NCBI GenBank assembly: GCA_002010215.1
Contig: MTMY01000021.1
Coordinates: forward strand, 44,399-64,398
Length of the DNA stretch: 20,000 nt
Direction of reading: 5' to 3'
DNA from: Archaeoglobus sp. JdFR-37
Lineage (GTDB): Archaea > Halobacteriota > Archaeoglobi > Archaeoglobales > Archaeoglobaceae
Shown here: piece after piece, positions 8,364 to 17,023 of the stretch
Layout: each line of letters begins with the position of its first letter
How positions within the stretch are numbered: position 1 is the stretch's first letter
Made by a program: the position numbers and the translations under genes
The notes under the pieces: generated by a model
Told to the model about the DNA's origin: nothing
What the model saw: only the letters and a program-made list of their open reading frames with translations
The model's database searches: none

Positions 8364-9302
8364 ATGCTAAAGAGGGTTGCTGCTCAAATTAGAGAGTATG
8401 CTGGCGTCAGAAGAAAGATTTATGCTGGAAAACTCTGCCAGATGATGAATGTAAAGCAGTTTGGTGATGACGCGGCAATTATTGATGTGGGGCTGGAAGA
8501 AGAGTACATTCTTTTTGCTGCCGATGGGGTATGGGAGGCTGTGCTGGAAGTTGATCCTTGGTGGGGTGGTTTTGTCTCAATTCTTGTGAATGTTCACGAT
8601 ATTTTTGCAATGGGCGGAAAACCTCTTTATGCCAGTGACATCATGTCTTTCGTGACAGAAGAGGACTTCAGGTTGATGGTAGAAGGTATAAGAGAAGCAA
8701 GCCTGAAATACGGTGTTCCGGTTATTACCGGCCACATCCACCCCTTCGCATCTCAAAATTCCATCAGCGTTTCTATGACAGGAGTAGTGGATAAGCAGAG
8801 CCTGATCAGATCCAATACAGCAAAACCAGGAGATGAGATAGTTGTTGCAGTAGATACAGATGGAGAACAGCATCCAAAGCTCCGCTACAACTTCGACTCA
8901 ACCAGAAAGGAGTCAGAAGTCCTCAGAACTCAGCTTGAGTCAATGGTGGAATTAGGAATGAAAAAGGCTGTTACAGCCGGGAAGGACATAAGCAACGCAG
9001 GAGTTGTAGGAACTGCAGCGATGATGATGGAAGTAAGCGGTGTTGGTGGAGTTATTGACGTGTATGCTCTACCAAAGCCTGAAAATGTCAGTCTGGAGGA
9101 CTGGTTGAAAACGTATCCCGGCTGCGGATTCATTGTCACTGCAGAGGATGGAGAGAAGGCTGTAAAGATATTCAGAAAGCACAAACTGGATGCAGCGATT
9201 GTAGGGAGAGTAGATGAAACGAAGAAGGTAAGACTAAAAGCTGAAGGTGAAGAAGTGACAGTCTTTGACTTTGAAAAAGAATCTGTGCTAGGCTTAAGAT
9301 GA
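8364..9302 (+). CDS. AIR synthase (PurM)-related protein, methanogenesis marker protein 2-like
   Basis: FGDDAA, LFAADGVW...DPWWGGFVSILVNVHDIFAMGG, GHIHP, AGKDISNAGVVGT, WLKTYPGCGF. N-terminal IREYAGVRRK favours ATG 8364 over 8316. Confidence 0.8.
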   Translation: MLKRVAAQIREYAGVRRKIYAGKLCQMMNVKQFGDDAAIIDVGLEEEYILFAADGVWEAVLEVDPWWGGFVSILVNVHDIFAMGGKPLYASDIMSFVTEEDFRLMVEGIREASLKYGVPVITGHIHPFASQNSISVSMTGVVDKQSLIRSNTAKPGDEIVVAVDTDGEQHPKLRYNFDSTRKESEVLRTQLESMVELGMKKAVTAGKDISNAGVVGTAAMMMEVSGVGGVIDVYALPKPENVSLEDWLKTYPGCGFIVTAEDGEKAVKIFRKHKLDAAIVGRVDETKKVRLKAEGEEVTVFDFEKESVLGLR

Positions 9303-9330
9303 GTTGCTGCTAGTTCCGGAACTTAGAAAC

Positions 9331-9372
9331 AAGTAATCAGAGTAAAGTAATCAGAGTAGCAAAGTAATCAGA
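9331..9372. repeat. Three direct copies of AAGTAATCAGA spanning the prepilin peptidase stop codon
   Basis: AAGTAATCAGAGTA at 9331-9344 and 9345-9358; AAGTAATCAGA at 9362-9372. Confidence 0.85.
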
Positions 9373-10073
9373 AAGACCACTAGATCTCCAATAAAAGTAG
9401 CTAGCAGGAATCCGGCAGTTATAAAAATCAGGAAGGGTAGCTGTGGGGTTGCCCAGACCTTCTTGCAGCCAACTTTTTTCAAAGCTTCTAGCTCATCCCC
9501 TTCTGACCCTTCCGGTCCTTCTGGATCGATCCCTCTCCTGAGGTTGACGACCTTTCCATCCCTGACTGCCTGAAGGAGATTATGAAATTTGGGAAAATTC
9601 GTCACCTCAACCCGGTATCCGAATAAAAAACCTATAGGATGCTCTTTCAGTCCTGAATACCCTTCTCTTATGAGATTTCTTATGGCAAACACAACAACCA
9701 TGAACGGTGCAGCAATGACGGAATTTGAGAGTGTTGAGAATGCGAATATCCCAAAACCTTTATTCAGAATGGGGAATGGAGGTATTTCCGGATAGAATGG
9801 AAAGGTTATTGCTATGACTATAAGGGCTTTTGCATCAGCTCCTCCATAAGCGCCGATCCGATAAAAGAGATACGCCAGAGTGACCATAAAAATCGATCCA
9901 CCGGCACCAAAAATCAGTTGATGAACAGTTTTGGATAAAGCCTCATAAACAGTGAAAGGAATCAGCATTACGAACATCCACTTCCATACTTTATTCGGAA
10001 TTCTCCTTTCTTTCAGATCAAGAGTGCAAGAATAGAAAAGGAATGCAGATGCTATGGCTATTTTGATCCACAT
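9351..10073 (-). CDS. flaK: Prepilin/prearchaellin peptidase (A24, FlaK/PibD family)
   Basis: Catalytic Asp motifs LDLKERRIPN and YGGADAKAL, multiple TM helices, C-terminal VWATPQLPFLIFITAGF. Confidence 0.92.
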   Translation of the reverse strand: MWIKIAIASAFLFYSCTLDLKERRIPNKVWKWMFVMLIPFTVYEALSKTVHQLIFGAGGSIFMVTLAYLFYRIGAYGGADAKALIVIAITFPFYPEIPPFPILNKGFGIFAFSTLSNSVIAAPFMVVVFAIRNLIREGYSGLKEHPIGFLFGYRVEVTNFPKFHNLLQAVRDGKVVNLRRGIDPEGPEGSEGDELEALKKVGCKKVWATPQLPFLIFITAGFLLATFIGDLVVFLITLLL

Positions 10074-11065
10074 CTGGACAGCTCCACAAAATCTGAGAGC
10101 ATGGCACTTGCAGTTTCACTGCTTCCTGCCCCCCTACCCATTACAACAACCTCCCCTGCAAGGTCTGTTTGAATCAATGCAGCGTTCAATGTTCCATATA
10201 CACATAGGGGGCTGTTGAATGGCACGAGACGTGGAGAGACCCGCAACTCATCTCTGGTTGCTTCAGCAATCAGCCTTATGGTGTAGCCCTTCATGGCTGC
10301 GATTTCGAAGGCCTCGGGAGTTATGCTAGAGATACCAGTCCTCTCCACATCGCTGAAAGTGGCATTTGAATTCATCAGAGAATTTGCAAGGATGACGAGT
10401 TTTGCTGCCGCATCTATACCCTCTACATCGTAGGTTGGGTCTGCTTCAGCTATCCCCAGCTCTTGAGCTTCGCTGAGTATCTGGGAGTAGGGCATCTTCT
10501 CCTGCTCCATTCTGGAAAGGATGTAATTGCAGGTACCGTTTAGAATTCCCTTTATAGAGAGCACTTCATTTCCGGCAAGCTCGTTCTTAACAAGCTTTAT
10601 TATGGGCATCGCTCCCCCAACAGTAGCCTCATACATAAGTTTCGCACCGGTTTTTTTTGCTGTTTTCATCAGTTCTTTGTATCCCACTACCAGCGGACCC
10701 TTGTTGGAAGTTATGACATCTACGCCATTCTCCAAGGCAAGTTTTATGTGGCTCAATCCCGGTTCTCCTGTCTCAACGTTCGTAGGCGTACATTCAAAAA
10801 GTATATCGATGCGATCTATGATGTCTTCCACAGTCAGCTCTTCAGGTAATCGCCCCTCCTTTTCCTTGATGCGTATAGCCTCAAAAACGTCAACACCTTC
10901 CTCGCTGTAAATCCCACCCTTGGAATCGCATATAGCCGCAATTCTGTAATCGCCAGCTCTCTTTATCAGTACATCCTTTTTGGTTACAAGAGCCTTCGCA
11001 AGGCCTCTCCCAACAACACCGAATCCAGCGATAGCAACTCGTTTCAAACCTTTCACGTCTTTCAT
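10058..11065 (-). CDS. hom: Homoserine dehydrogenase
   Basis: AGFGVVGRG, VITSNKGP, YEATVGGAMP, GILNGTCNYIL, GIAEADPTYDVEGIDAAAK, GRGAGSSETA. Confidence 0.97.
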   Translation of the reverse strand: MKDVKGLKRVAIAGFGVVGRGLAKALVTKKDVLIKRAGDYRIAAICDSKGGIYSEEGVDVFEAIRIKEKEGRLPEELTVEDIIDRIDILFECTPTNVETGEPGLSHIKLALENGVDVITSNKGPLVVGYKELMKTAKKTGAKLMYEATVGGAMPIIKLVKNELAGNEVLSIKGILNGTCNYILSRMEQEKMPYSQILSEAQELGIAEADPTYDVEGIDAAAKLVILANSLMNSNATFSDVERTGISSITPEAFEIAAMKGYTIRLIAEATRDELRVSPRLVPFNSPLCVYGTLNAALIQTDLAGEVVVMGRGAGSSETASAMLSDFVELSRCGSK

Positions 11066-11580
11066 GCGAGATCCTCGTTTAGCGGTTCAATCACCATAAT
11101 ATCTTTCTTTCTACACGTCTCCTTCAGCAGTGATACTGCTTTTTTCAGCTCATCTTTTCCAGTAGCGGAAACGGTAACCATGGCAGTTGAAGGCTCATTC
11201 ACTTCAGGCATACTGATGTGCATCTCCACAACCTCAGCAAAGCCCGTGGCATCTATGGTATTTACGGTGTCGCTAAGGTCAGTGTGGATTATGTGACCGA
11301 CAAGAAGTAGGGAAGTGCTGGCTACAAGTCTTACCTCGTTGTAGGCCTTTACCACCACTCCATTTCTTTTCAGCGCCTCAATAAGCTCTTCAACCCTACC
11401 TTCATCTATCTTTACAGAGATTTCAACGCTGATTCTTTCCAGGGGTGAAACTCTATCTCTTTTATGCACAACACCGATAATGTTTCCTCCAAGCCTAGAG
11501 ATGGGCTCTATTGCCCTTAAAAGCTGTCCAGGCTTGTCTTTCAGCTCTAAAACCAAAGAAAGCAGCACCTGTATTTTCAC
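11062..11580 (-). CDS. ACT-domain protein (probable homoserine dehydrogenase regulatory partner)
   Basis: LELKDKPGQLLRAIEPISRLGGNII ACT signature and VGHIIHTDLSDT; GTG start; ATGA overlap with hom. Confidence 0.88.
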   Translation of the reverse strand: MKIQVLLSLVLELKDKPGQLLRAIEPISRLGGNIIGVVHKRDRVSPLERISVEISVKIDEGRVEELIEALKRNGVVVKAYNEVRLVASTSLLLVGHIIHTDLSDTVNTIDATGFAEVVEMHISMPEVNEPSTAMVTVSATGKDELKKAVSLLKETCRKKDIMVIEPLNEDLA

Positions 11581-11583
11581 CCC

Positions 11584-12468
11584 TTACTCATCGTATATGG
11601 GAACTCCCTCAGTTTCTGTAAGCTTCTTGAATTCCTCCATAAGCTTTTTCGTTAGCTCTCCGGGTTTGCCATCTCCGACAACTCTACCATCAATGTAGGT
11701 TATGGGAGCTATTTCCGCTGCAGTGCCGGTAACGAATATCTCATCGGCAGAGTAGAGGTCATAAAGTCCGATGTTTGCCTCCTGGAACGGTATACCGAGT
11801 TTACGAATTAACTCGATGGCAACAGCTCTCGTTATCCCCCTCAGGTTGTTGATGGTCGGAGGAGTTATAACTGCCCCGTTTTTCACAACAAATATATTGT
11901 CTCCGCTGCCTTCTGAAATGTATCCATTATGATCCAGAAATATTGCTTCATCCCCACCCTTCGCGTTGGCTTCAATTTTTGCAAGGATGTTGTTGAGGTA
12001 GTTAAGGGATTTAATATTAGGAGGCAGAGAGTCGATGGGGTTCCTTCTGATTGCCACAGTAATAGCTCTGAGACCTTTCTCGTATAGATCGCCATACAGT
12101 CTGTCCCACTCCTGAGTTATGACGATGATGGATGGGTTCACACACTTGTCTGGATCCAGTCCCAGATCACCGATCCCCCTTGTGACTATCGGGCGGATGT
12201 AGGCGTTTCTCAATTTGTTTCTCCTCAAGGTTTCAAGAATGATTTCAGCAAATTCCTCCTTTGAAACGGGTATCTTGAGCTTTATCACCTTTGCACAGTC
12301 GTAAAGCCTGTCAAGATGTTCCATAAGTTTGAAAACCCTGCCATTATAGGCTCTGATTCCCTCAAATACTCCGTCACCATAAAGGAATCCGTGATCAAAC
12401 ACGCTGATTTTCGCTTCGCTAGCCGGGATAAATTTGCCATCGACATACACCAGCAAGTCATCGCCCAT
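11584..12468 (-). CDS. ilvE: Branched-chain amino acid aminotransferase (class IV)
   Basis: [20 protein letters not shown] lysine in [30 protein letters not shown]. Confidence 0.97.
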   Translation of the reverse strand: MGDDLLVYVDGKFIPASEAKISVFDHGFLYGDGVFEGIRAYNGRVFKLMEHLDRLYDCAKVIKLKIPVSKEEFAEIILETLRRNKLRNAYIRPIVTRGIGDLGLDPDKCVNPSIIVITQEWDRLYGDLYEKGLRAITVAIRRNPIDSLPPNIKSLNYLNNILAKIEANAKGGDEAIFLDHNGYISEGSGDNIFVVKNGAVITPPTINNLRGITRAVAIELIRKLGIPFQEANIGLYDLYSADEIFVTGTAAEIAPITYIDGRVVGDGKPGELTKKLMEEFKKLTETEGVPIYDE

Positions 12469-12500
12469 AGTAGAACACCGAGTTAGCGAAAGGGTGACAA

Positions 12501-12517
12501 TATAATAAGTTTTTCTG
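12501..12517 (-). promoter_or_regulatory. BRE/TATA promoter of the ilvE operon
   Basis: Minus strand CAGAAAAAC-TTATTATA, about 33-40 nt upstream of ATG 12468. Confidence 0.5.
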
Positions 12518-12658
12518 TTGGCCTTCTGTCAAGTATTTCTGGCACCAAGTGTTCATAAATAATCTATAATCATAAAGGTCATTTCCCCCTTTGATATTCT
12601 TCCTTCGATAATCCTACATTTTTTAGACCTTCTTGAGATTTATCAACATTAAACAGCT

Positions 12659-12865
12659 TCAACAACTTCTACCCAGCTTGCTCAGCGGGCAGAATCCTGT
12701 TACTGCGACTATAACCGGAATCAAGCCCAGCAACCCGAACCACGATTTAAAGTAGATTCCTGCCAAGATTATTGTAAGTCCAGCAGATAATCTACCAATT
12801 CTTTTCAATTTTGTGTGTTTTTCACTACTTTCAATGCCACACTCTGCAAATTTTGAGTTTACCAT
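12659..12865 (-). CDS. Small membrane protein, DUF2892 (YgaP-like)
   Basis: RIGRLSAGL...WFGLLGLIPVIVAVTGFCPL matches the DUF2892 pattern (R..R..G, two TMs, G.CP). Start ATG 12865 or TTG 12874. Confidence 0.75.
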   Translation of the reverse strand: MVNSKFAECGIESSEKHTKLKRIGRLSAGLTIILAGIYFKSWFGLLGLIPVIVAVTGFCPLSKLGRSC

Positions 12866-12960
12866 AATATTCAATCCGTTTTCTCAGATAAAAAGAGTGC
12901 CGGGAGAATGTTTTCAGAACTCACCACCGTTTCTGGTAAAAAGTTCCATATTACACAAGC

Positions 12961-12976
12961 CGGAAACGTTAAAAAG
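12961..12976 (+). promoter_or_regulatory. BRE/TATA promoter for hps
   Basis: CGGAAACG-TTAAAAAG about 21-28 nt upstream of ATG 12997. Confidence 0.45.
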
Positions 12977-12996
12977 CTCAGTTTACATTTTTCAAC

Positions 12997-14298
12997 ATGG
13001 AAAAACCTATCCTTCAGGTAGCCCTTGATCTGGTGGAATTGAAAAGAGCTATTGAGATTGCTGGCGAGGCTATTGAAGGTGGTGCTGACTGGCTTGAGGT
13101 CGGTACGCCCCTCATAAAGAGCGAGGGGATGGATGCAGTTAGGGAGATCAAAAAGAGGTACAGAGATCACGTAATTTTGGCAGACATGAAGACAATCGAC
13201 ACCGGTGCTGTTGAGGTAGAAATGGCTGCAAAAAGCGGGGCAGACATTGTTATAATCCTCGCTTTGAGCGACGATTCTACAATAGCTGAAGCGATAAGAG
13301 CAGCTAGGAAATACGGAAGTCAGATAATGGTGGACCTGATAAATGTGCCCGATCCTGTCAGCAGAGCCAAGGAGCTGGAAGAGCTGGGAGTGGATTACAT
13401 AAACGTTCATGTTGGGATTGATCAGCAGATGAAGGGGATGGACCCTCTTGACATCCTTTCCAAGATTGTTGAGTCCGTAAATATCCCAGTTGCAGGAGCA
13501 GGTGGACTTGATGCTGAAAAGGCAGCCACATGCGTAAGCTTAGGAGCAAGCATAGTGATAGTGGGAAGCAACATAGTGAAGTCCAGAAATGTAACAGAAT
13601 CAGCCAAGAAAGTCAGAAAGGCCATAGATGAAGCTTGGCAGAGCGGAGCAAAAGTGGAACTGAAAAGAAGAGGGTTAGAAGAAGAAATAAGAAACATTCT
13701 GTTGCAGGTTTCGACACCAAACATCAGTGATGCCATGCACAGAGCAAAGGCCATGAGAGACGTTTATCCCCTAATTAGAGGAAAGAAAATTGTCGGAAAA
13801 GCTGTTACTGTTCACACCATGGATGGAGATTGGGCAAAGGCCGTTGAGGCCATAGACATTGCTGGTAAGGGAGAAGTCATAGTGATAAAGTGCTCAGGTG
13901 ACACAGCAGCGGTTTGGGGGGAGCTTGCAACAAGGAGCTGCATAAACAAGGGCATTGAGGGAGTGATAATAGACGGTGCTGTAAGAGATGTTGACGACAT
14001 TCGAGAACTTGGCTACCCCCTCTTCGCCAAAAGAGAGGTGCCAAATGCAGGAGAGCCAAAGGGGTTCGGTGAGATTAATGTCAAGATCACTTGTGGCGGC
14101 ATCGAAGTAAATCCGGGAGACTGGATCGTGGCAGATGACAACGGCGTAATGGTGATTCCGAAAGAGAGGGCATACGAGATAGCAAGGAGGGCCTTAGAGG
14201 TTAAGAAACATGAGGAGAGGATCAGGGGTGAGATAGAGGACAAGGGAAGAACGCTGGCGGAGATAGTGGAACTATACAAGTGGGAGAAGGTGCAGTGA
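12997..14298 (+). CDS. hxlA: 3-hexulose-6-phosphate synthase fused to an RraA/MenG-like domain
   Basis: N-terminal [32 protein letters not shown]-terminal [37 protein letters not shown]. Confidence 0.93.
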   Translation: MEKPILQVALDLVELKRAIEIAGEAIEGGADWLEVGTPLIKSEGMDAVREIKKRYRDHVILADMKTIDTGAVEVEMAAKSGADIVIILALSDDSTIAEAIRAARKYGSQIMVDLINVPDPVSRAKELEELGVDYINVHVGIDQQMKGMDPLDILSKIVESVNIPVAGAGGLDAEKAATCVSLGASIVIVGSNIVKSRNVTESAKKVRKAIDEAWQSGAKVELKRRGLEEEIRNILLQVSTPNISDAMHRAKAMRDVYPLIRGKKIVGKAVTVHTMDGDWAKAVEAIDIAGKGEVIVIKCSGDTAAVWGELATRSCINKGIEGVIIDGAVRDVDDIRELGYPLFAKREVPNAGEPKGFGEINVKITCGGIEVNPGDWIVADDNGVMVIPKERAYEIARRALEVKKHEERIRGEIEDKGRTLAEIVELYKWEKVQ

Positions 14299-14387
14299 TT
14301 TGGTTGTTATTATCCACTTATTTTATCCTACCTTTCTCAAAATTTATCCTGCCCACCCAGCCCCTCCTCCGTCCCGAAATTTCAAGG

Positions 14388-15131
14388 TTAATTATGTTTT
14401 TTAATTAGATTCTCCAATAAATCCATAACGCCATCAAAAGTGTATTCCTCAGGCATCACGGCCTCAACACCATAGCTGTGAAGCTCATCCCTTGTAGGTG
14501 GCCCGATGGCAACTGTAATGATTTCATTCAGTGCTCTGATTGCTTCACCCTTCACTTTGAGCTCCTCAGCTACCTCCATAAAAGCCTGAACCATCATTCT
14601 GCTGGAGAAAACCGCAGCATCTACTTCTTTATTCACCACTGCCAGAACCGCTTTTTTTTGCTCTTCCCCCTTCAGCTTCACAATCCGGTAAACTGGAATT
14701 TCCTGAACTTCAGCAACTTCCTTCAGCTTCAGCAGCACCTCATTCCCCTTATCACTCCTCAAAATCGCCACCTTTCTGCCTCTCAGCTCCTCCCTGAAGT
14801 GAGCATAAATGCTTCCAGAATCAAATTTTGGAGGTATTCTCGGTTCAACATCTGCTTTTCTGAGAATGCTGGCAGTTTTCTTCCCAATTGCTATAACTTC
14901 TCTGTCCTGAAATATCTCAGGAGCCCTTTCAAGCAGTATCGAGGCGGAGGTTTGACTCGTTATTATTATGATCTCAGCATCAAGCCCTTCAAGCTTTTCC
15001 AAAGCCTCTTCGTCAACTTCAGCTCCAATAAATGGAATTGTGAGCACTTCAAATCCCTTCTCCTCCATCATCCTTCTGGTCTCTTCAAGATATTCTGCTG
15101 GTCTGAAGAGGGCAACCTTGAAGCTTCTCAC
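14388..15131 (-). CDS. hemD: Uroporphyrinogen-III synthase
   Basis: ALFRP, IITSQTS, AIGKKTA, LRSDKG, PVYRI, FSSRMMV, AIGPPT. GTG 15131 follows GGAGG; alternative start ATG 15149. Confidence 0.92.
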   Translation of the reverse strand: MRSFKVALFRPAEYLEETRRMMEEKGFEVLTIPFIGAEVDEEALEKLEGLDAEIIIITSQTSASILLERAPEIFQDREVIAIGKKTASILRKADVEPRIPPKFDSGSIYAHFREELRGRKVAILRSDKGNEVLLKLKEVAEVQEIPVYRIVKLKGEEQKKAVLAVVNKEVDAAVFSSRMMVQAFMEVAEELKVKGEAIRALNEIITVAIGPPTRDELHSYGVEAVMPEEYTFDGVMDLLENLIKKHN

Positions 15132-15154
15132 CCTTCTGCCTCCTGTCATTCCTT

Positions 15155-15197
15155 CTGCTGGAGTATAAACGCCACCAGCAGCCCAAAGCTTATATTT
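15155..15197. promoter_or_regulatory. Divergent promoter region with a 7-bp inverted repeat and a shared TATA
   Basis: CTGCTGG (15155-15161) N13 CCAGCAG (15175-15181), followed by AAAGCTTATATTT (15185-15197). Confidence 0.4.
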
Positions 15198-15211
15198 CCA
15201 AGGCTGAACTG

Positions 15212-15991
15212 ATGCACATGCCGCACTTGCTGGAAGTGCTTTTGTCGGGCATAAAACTTTTTGTCAGAAATCTGAAAATCGTAATTCCACCCATCATTCT
15301 TTCATTCATGATATACCTCTTCCTTGCCATTGGACTTGCCAGTATCATCCCTCAGGAGAAGCTTGTAGAGCTTGAAGAGTTAGCAGAAAAGAGTGAGGAG
15401 CAGATAATCAGAGAGATGTACGACATTGTCATGCTGAATCCCGTTAAATTCTTTATAGCGTTCATCATCTTTGGTTCCATAGCTTTTGTAATCATGATTT
15501 ATATAGTGGCTGGAATGGTAGGGGCATCGCTTAAAATTGCCAAGTTCGGAACTTTCACTTTCAACGAATTTTTCTACTTTGGATACATCTATACTCCAAG
15601 AATGCTAGCACTGGAGTTGCTCATATCCGTTGCGATATTGGCAGCCTCTCTGCCCTTCCTCATTCTCACCGGAGTTATGGGCTCAGTCGTCCCCGTCCTG
15701 ATATCTGCAGCAGCTATCATTGTAGTTGCTGCCATAACCTTTCCATCTCGTTTCATTCTGGTGTTTCTCGATACAGGTGTTTTCAACGCTCTGGCAGCTT
15801 CAATACGCTTCTCCATTAAAAAACCGTCCAGTCTGCTGCTGTTTATGCTGACAGTGATCATGATAGGCTTTTCATCCTTAATCCCGCTTCTCCAGCCCTT
15901 CGCATTCGCCCTGACTTCAATCTGGTACGCTATACTCGTAACTTCTTCAGCAGCTCTGTCTTCTGAAAGCTCTGAAGGTCAGACTGCCTGA
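15212..15991 (+). CDS. Hypothetical integral membrane protein
   Basis: 259-aa ORF with about six hydrophobic segments and TATA upstream; alternative start ATG 15218. Confidence 0.8.
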   Translation: MHMPHLLEVLLSGIKLFVRNLKIVIPPIILSFMIYLFLAIGLASIIPQEKLVELEELAEKSEEQIIREMYDIVMLNPVKFFIAFIIFGSIAFVIMIYIVAGMVGASLKIAKFGTFTFNEFFYFGYIYTPRMLALELLISVAILAASLPFLILTGVMGSVVPVLISAAAIIVVAAITFPSRFILVFLDTGVFNALAASIRFSIKKPSSLLLFMLTVIMIGFSSLIPLLQPFAFALTSIWYAILVTSSAALSSESSEGQTA

Positions 15992-16961
15992 CAACTTCGT
16001 TCATGAACTGAATCACTTCATCGTAGCTCTTCCTGTCAACAGGGAAAGGTACTCCATCCTTTCCGCCCAAGGCAAAGCTGTACTTTGCCGGGTCATGTCT
16101 GTCAAAATGATCGTTGTAAATGAGGTCCGATATAAGAGCCAGAGCCCTAACAGCCCCTTTGCCAAGCCCTTTTATGAGCAGAAGGTCTTCAAAGCGCTCT
16201 GGCTGGAGCTGATAGGCAGTCTCAACAGCCTTCCAGTCAATGCGTTTTGGAACGGCTAAACCCTCTTTATAGCGGGTTATGGATATAAGTTTGGAATAAT
16301 CCCGTTTGAAAGTTCTGTCATTCACAACATCCAGTATTGTCTTCCGACACTCATCGCTTTTATCCGAAACAAGGTTCACAACTTCCTTCTCCTTTCTCTC
16401 TGCAGCGATACCAGAATGCACCTCTGAAATCTCCGGAATTTCATCGTGAGGATTCCAGTGATAGCGCCTTGCCAGTCGTTCCCTTTCGTTCATACCCTGT
16501 TGGATGATGGTGAAATGTCGGGGAGAGAAGATGACGGCGTGGTGGTAAAGGGTGTAGCCATCCTGAAGGGCCACATTATCCACCTTGGCAGCATATCTGC
16601 TTGCGGTGATGAGCTCATCAGCAGATATATCCAGCTCGTCACAAAATCTCTGAATATCTTCCGGCGTTGCAATGGCATTTTTGCCTTTCCCCCCAGCAAC
16701 TCTTATCTCGAACTCGCTATCGTTCAGCACGCTCTTCAGAACACCTGTCATAACAGTCGTAACGCCTGAACTGTTCCAGTCGAAACCCAAAACATTGGAG
16801 AAACTCTGGAAAAATATCGGGTCGGATATGCGCCTGAAAAACTCTCTCTCACCATATTCCTGAATAATTAACGTGATTATGGGTTTAGCAAGCTTCTTCA
16901 TTCTGTTGAGGAGCCAATATGGTGCTTTTCCGTGATGGAGTGGGAGATATATTGAGGGCAT
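15930..16961 (-). CDS. DUF763 family protein
   Basis: LPLHHGKAPYWL, DPIFFQSF..VLGFDWNSSGVTT, AKVDNVALQDGY.LYHH, IQQGMN, DPAKYSFALGGKDGVPFPV. Confidence 0.92.
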   Translation of the reverse strand: MPSIYLPLHHGKAPYWLLNRMKKLAKPIITLIIQEYGEREFFRRISDPIFFQSFSNVLGFDWNSSGVTTVMTGVLKSVLNDSEFEIRVAGGKGKNAIATPEDIQRFCDELDISADELITASRYAAKVDNVALQDGYTLYHHAVIFSPRHFTIIQQGMNERERLARRYHWNPHDEIPEISEVHSGIAAERKEKEVVNLVSDKSDECRKTILDVVNDRTFKRDYSKLISITRYKEGLAVPKRIDWKAVETAYQLQPERFEDLLLIKGLGKGAVRALALISDLIYNDHFDRHDPAKYSFALGGKDGVPFPVDRKSYDEVIQFMNEVVRQSDLQSFQKTELLKKLRV

Positions 16962-17023
16962 TTGAAATTTTGTTGTAACAAGCGCAGTTAAATATTGTGT
17001 TCGGGTTCGTTTTACATGGGTTA

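Noticed and set aside
12626..12664. TGT TGA AGC TGT (C-U-S-C) suggesting selenocysteine read-through of the DUF2892 gene
   Set aside because: No archaeal SECIS-like hairpin is visible downstream, the family commonly ends near here, and Sec is not expected in this lineage.
12871..13410. 179-aa minus-strand ORF
   Set aside because: Antisense to hps with no recognisable motifs.
14301..14308. TGGTTGTT matching the first 8 nt of the predicted TnpB guide
   Set aside because: An 8-mer match is expected by chance in 40 kb of double-stranded sequence, and it breaks at position 9.
14310..14318. TTATCCACT, DnaA-box-like
   Set aside because: The context is archaeal, there is only one near-match, and no cdc6/ORB features are nearby.
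14478..15212. 244-aa plus-strand ORF
   Set aside because: Antisense shadow of hemD with atypical composition.
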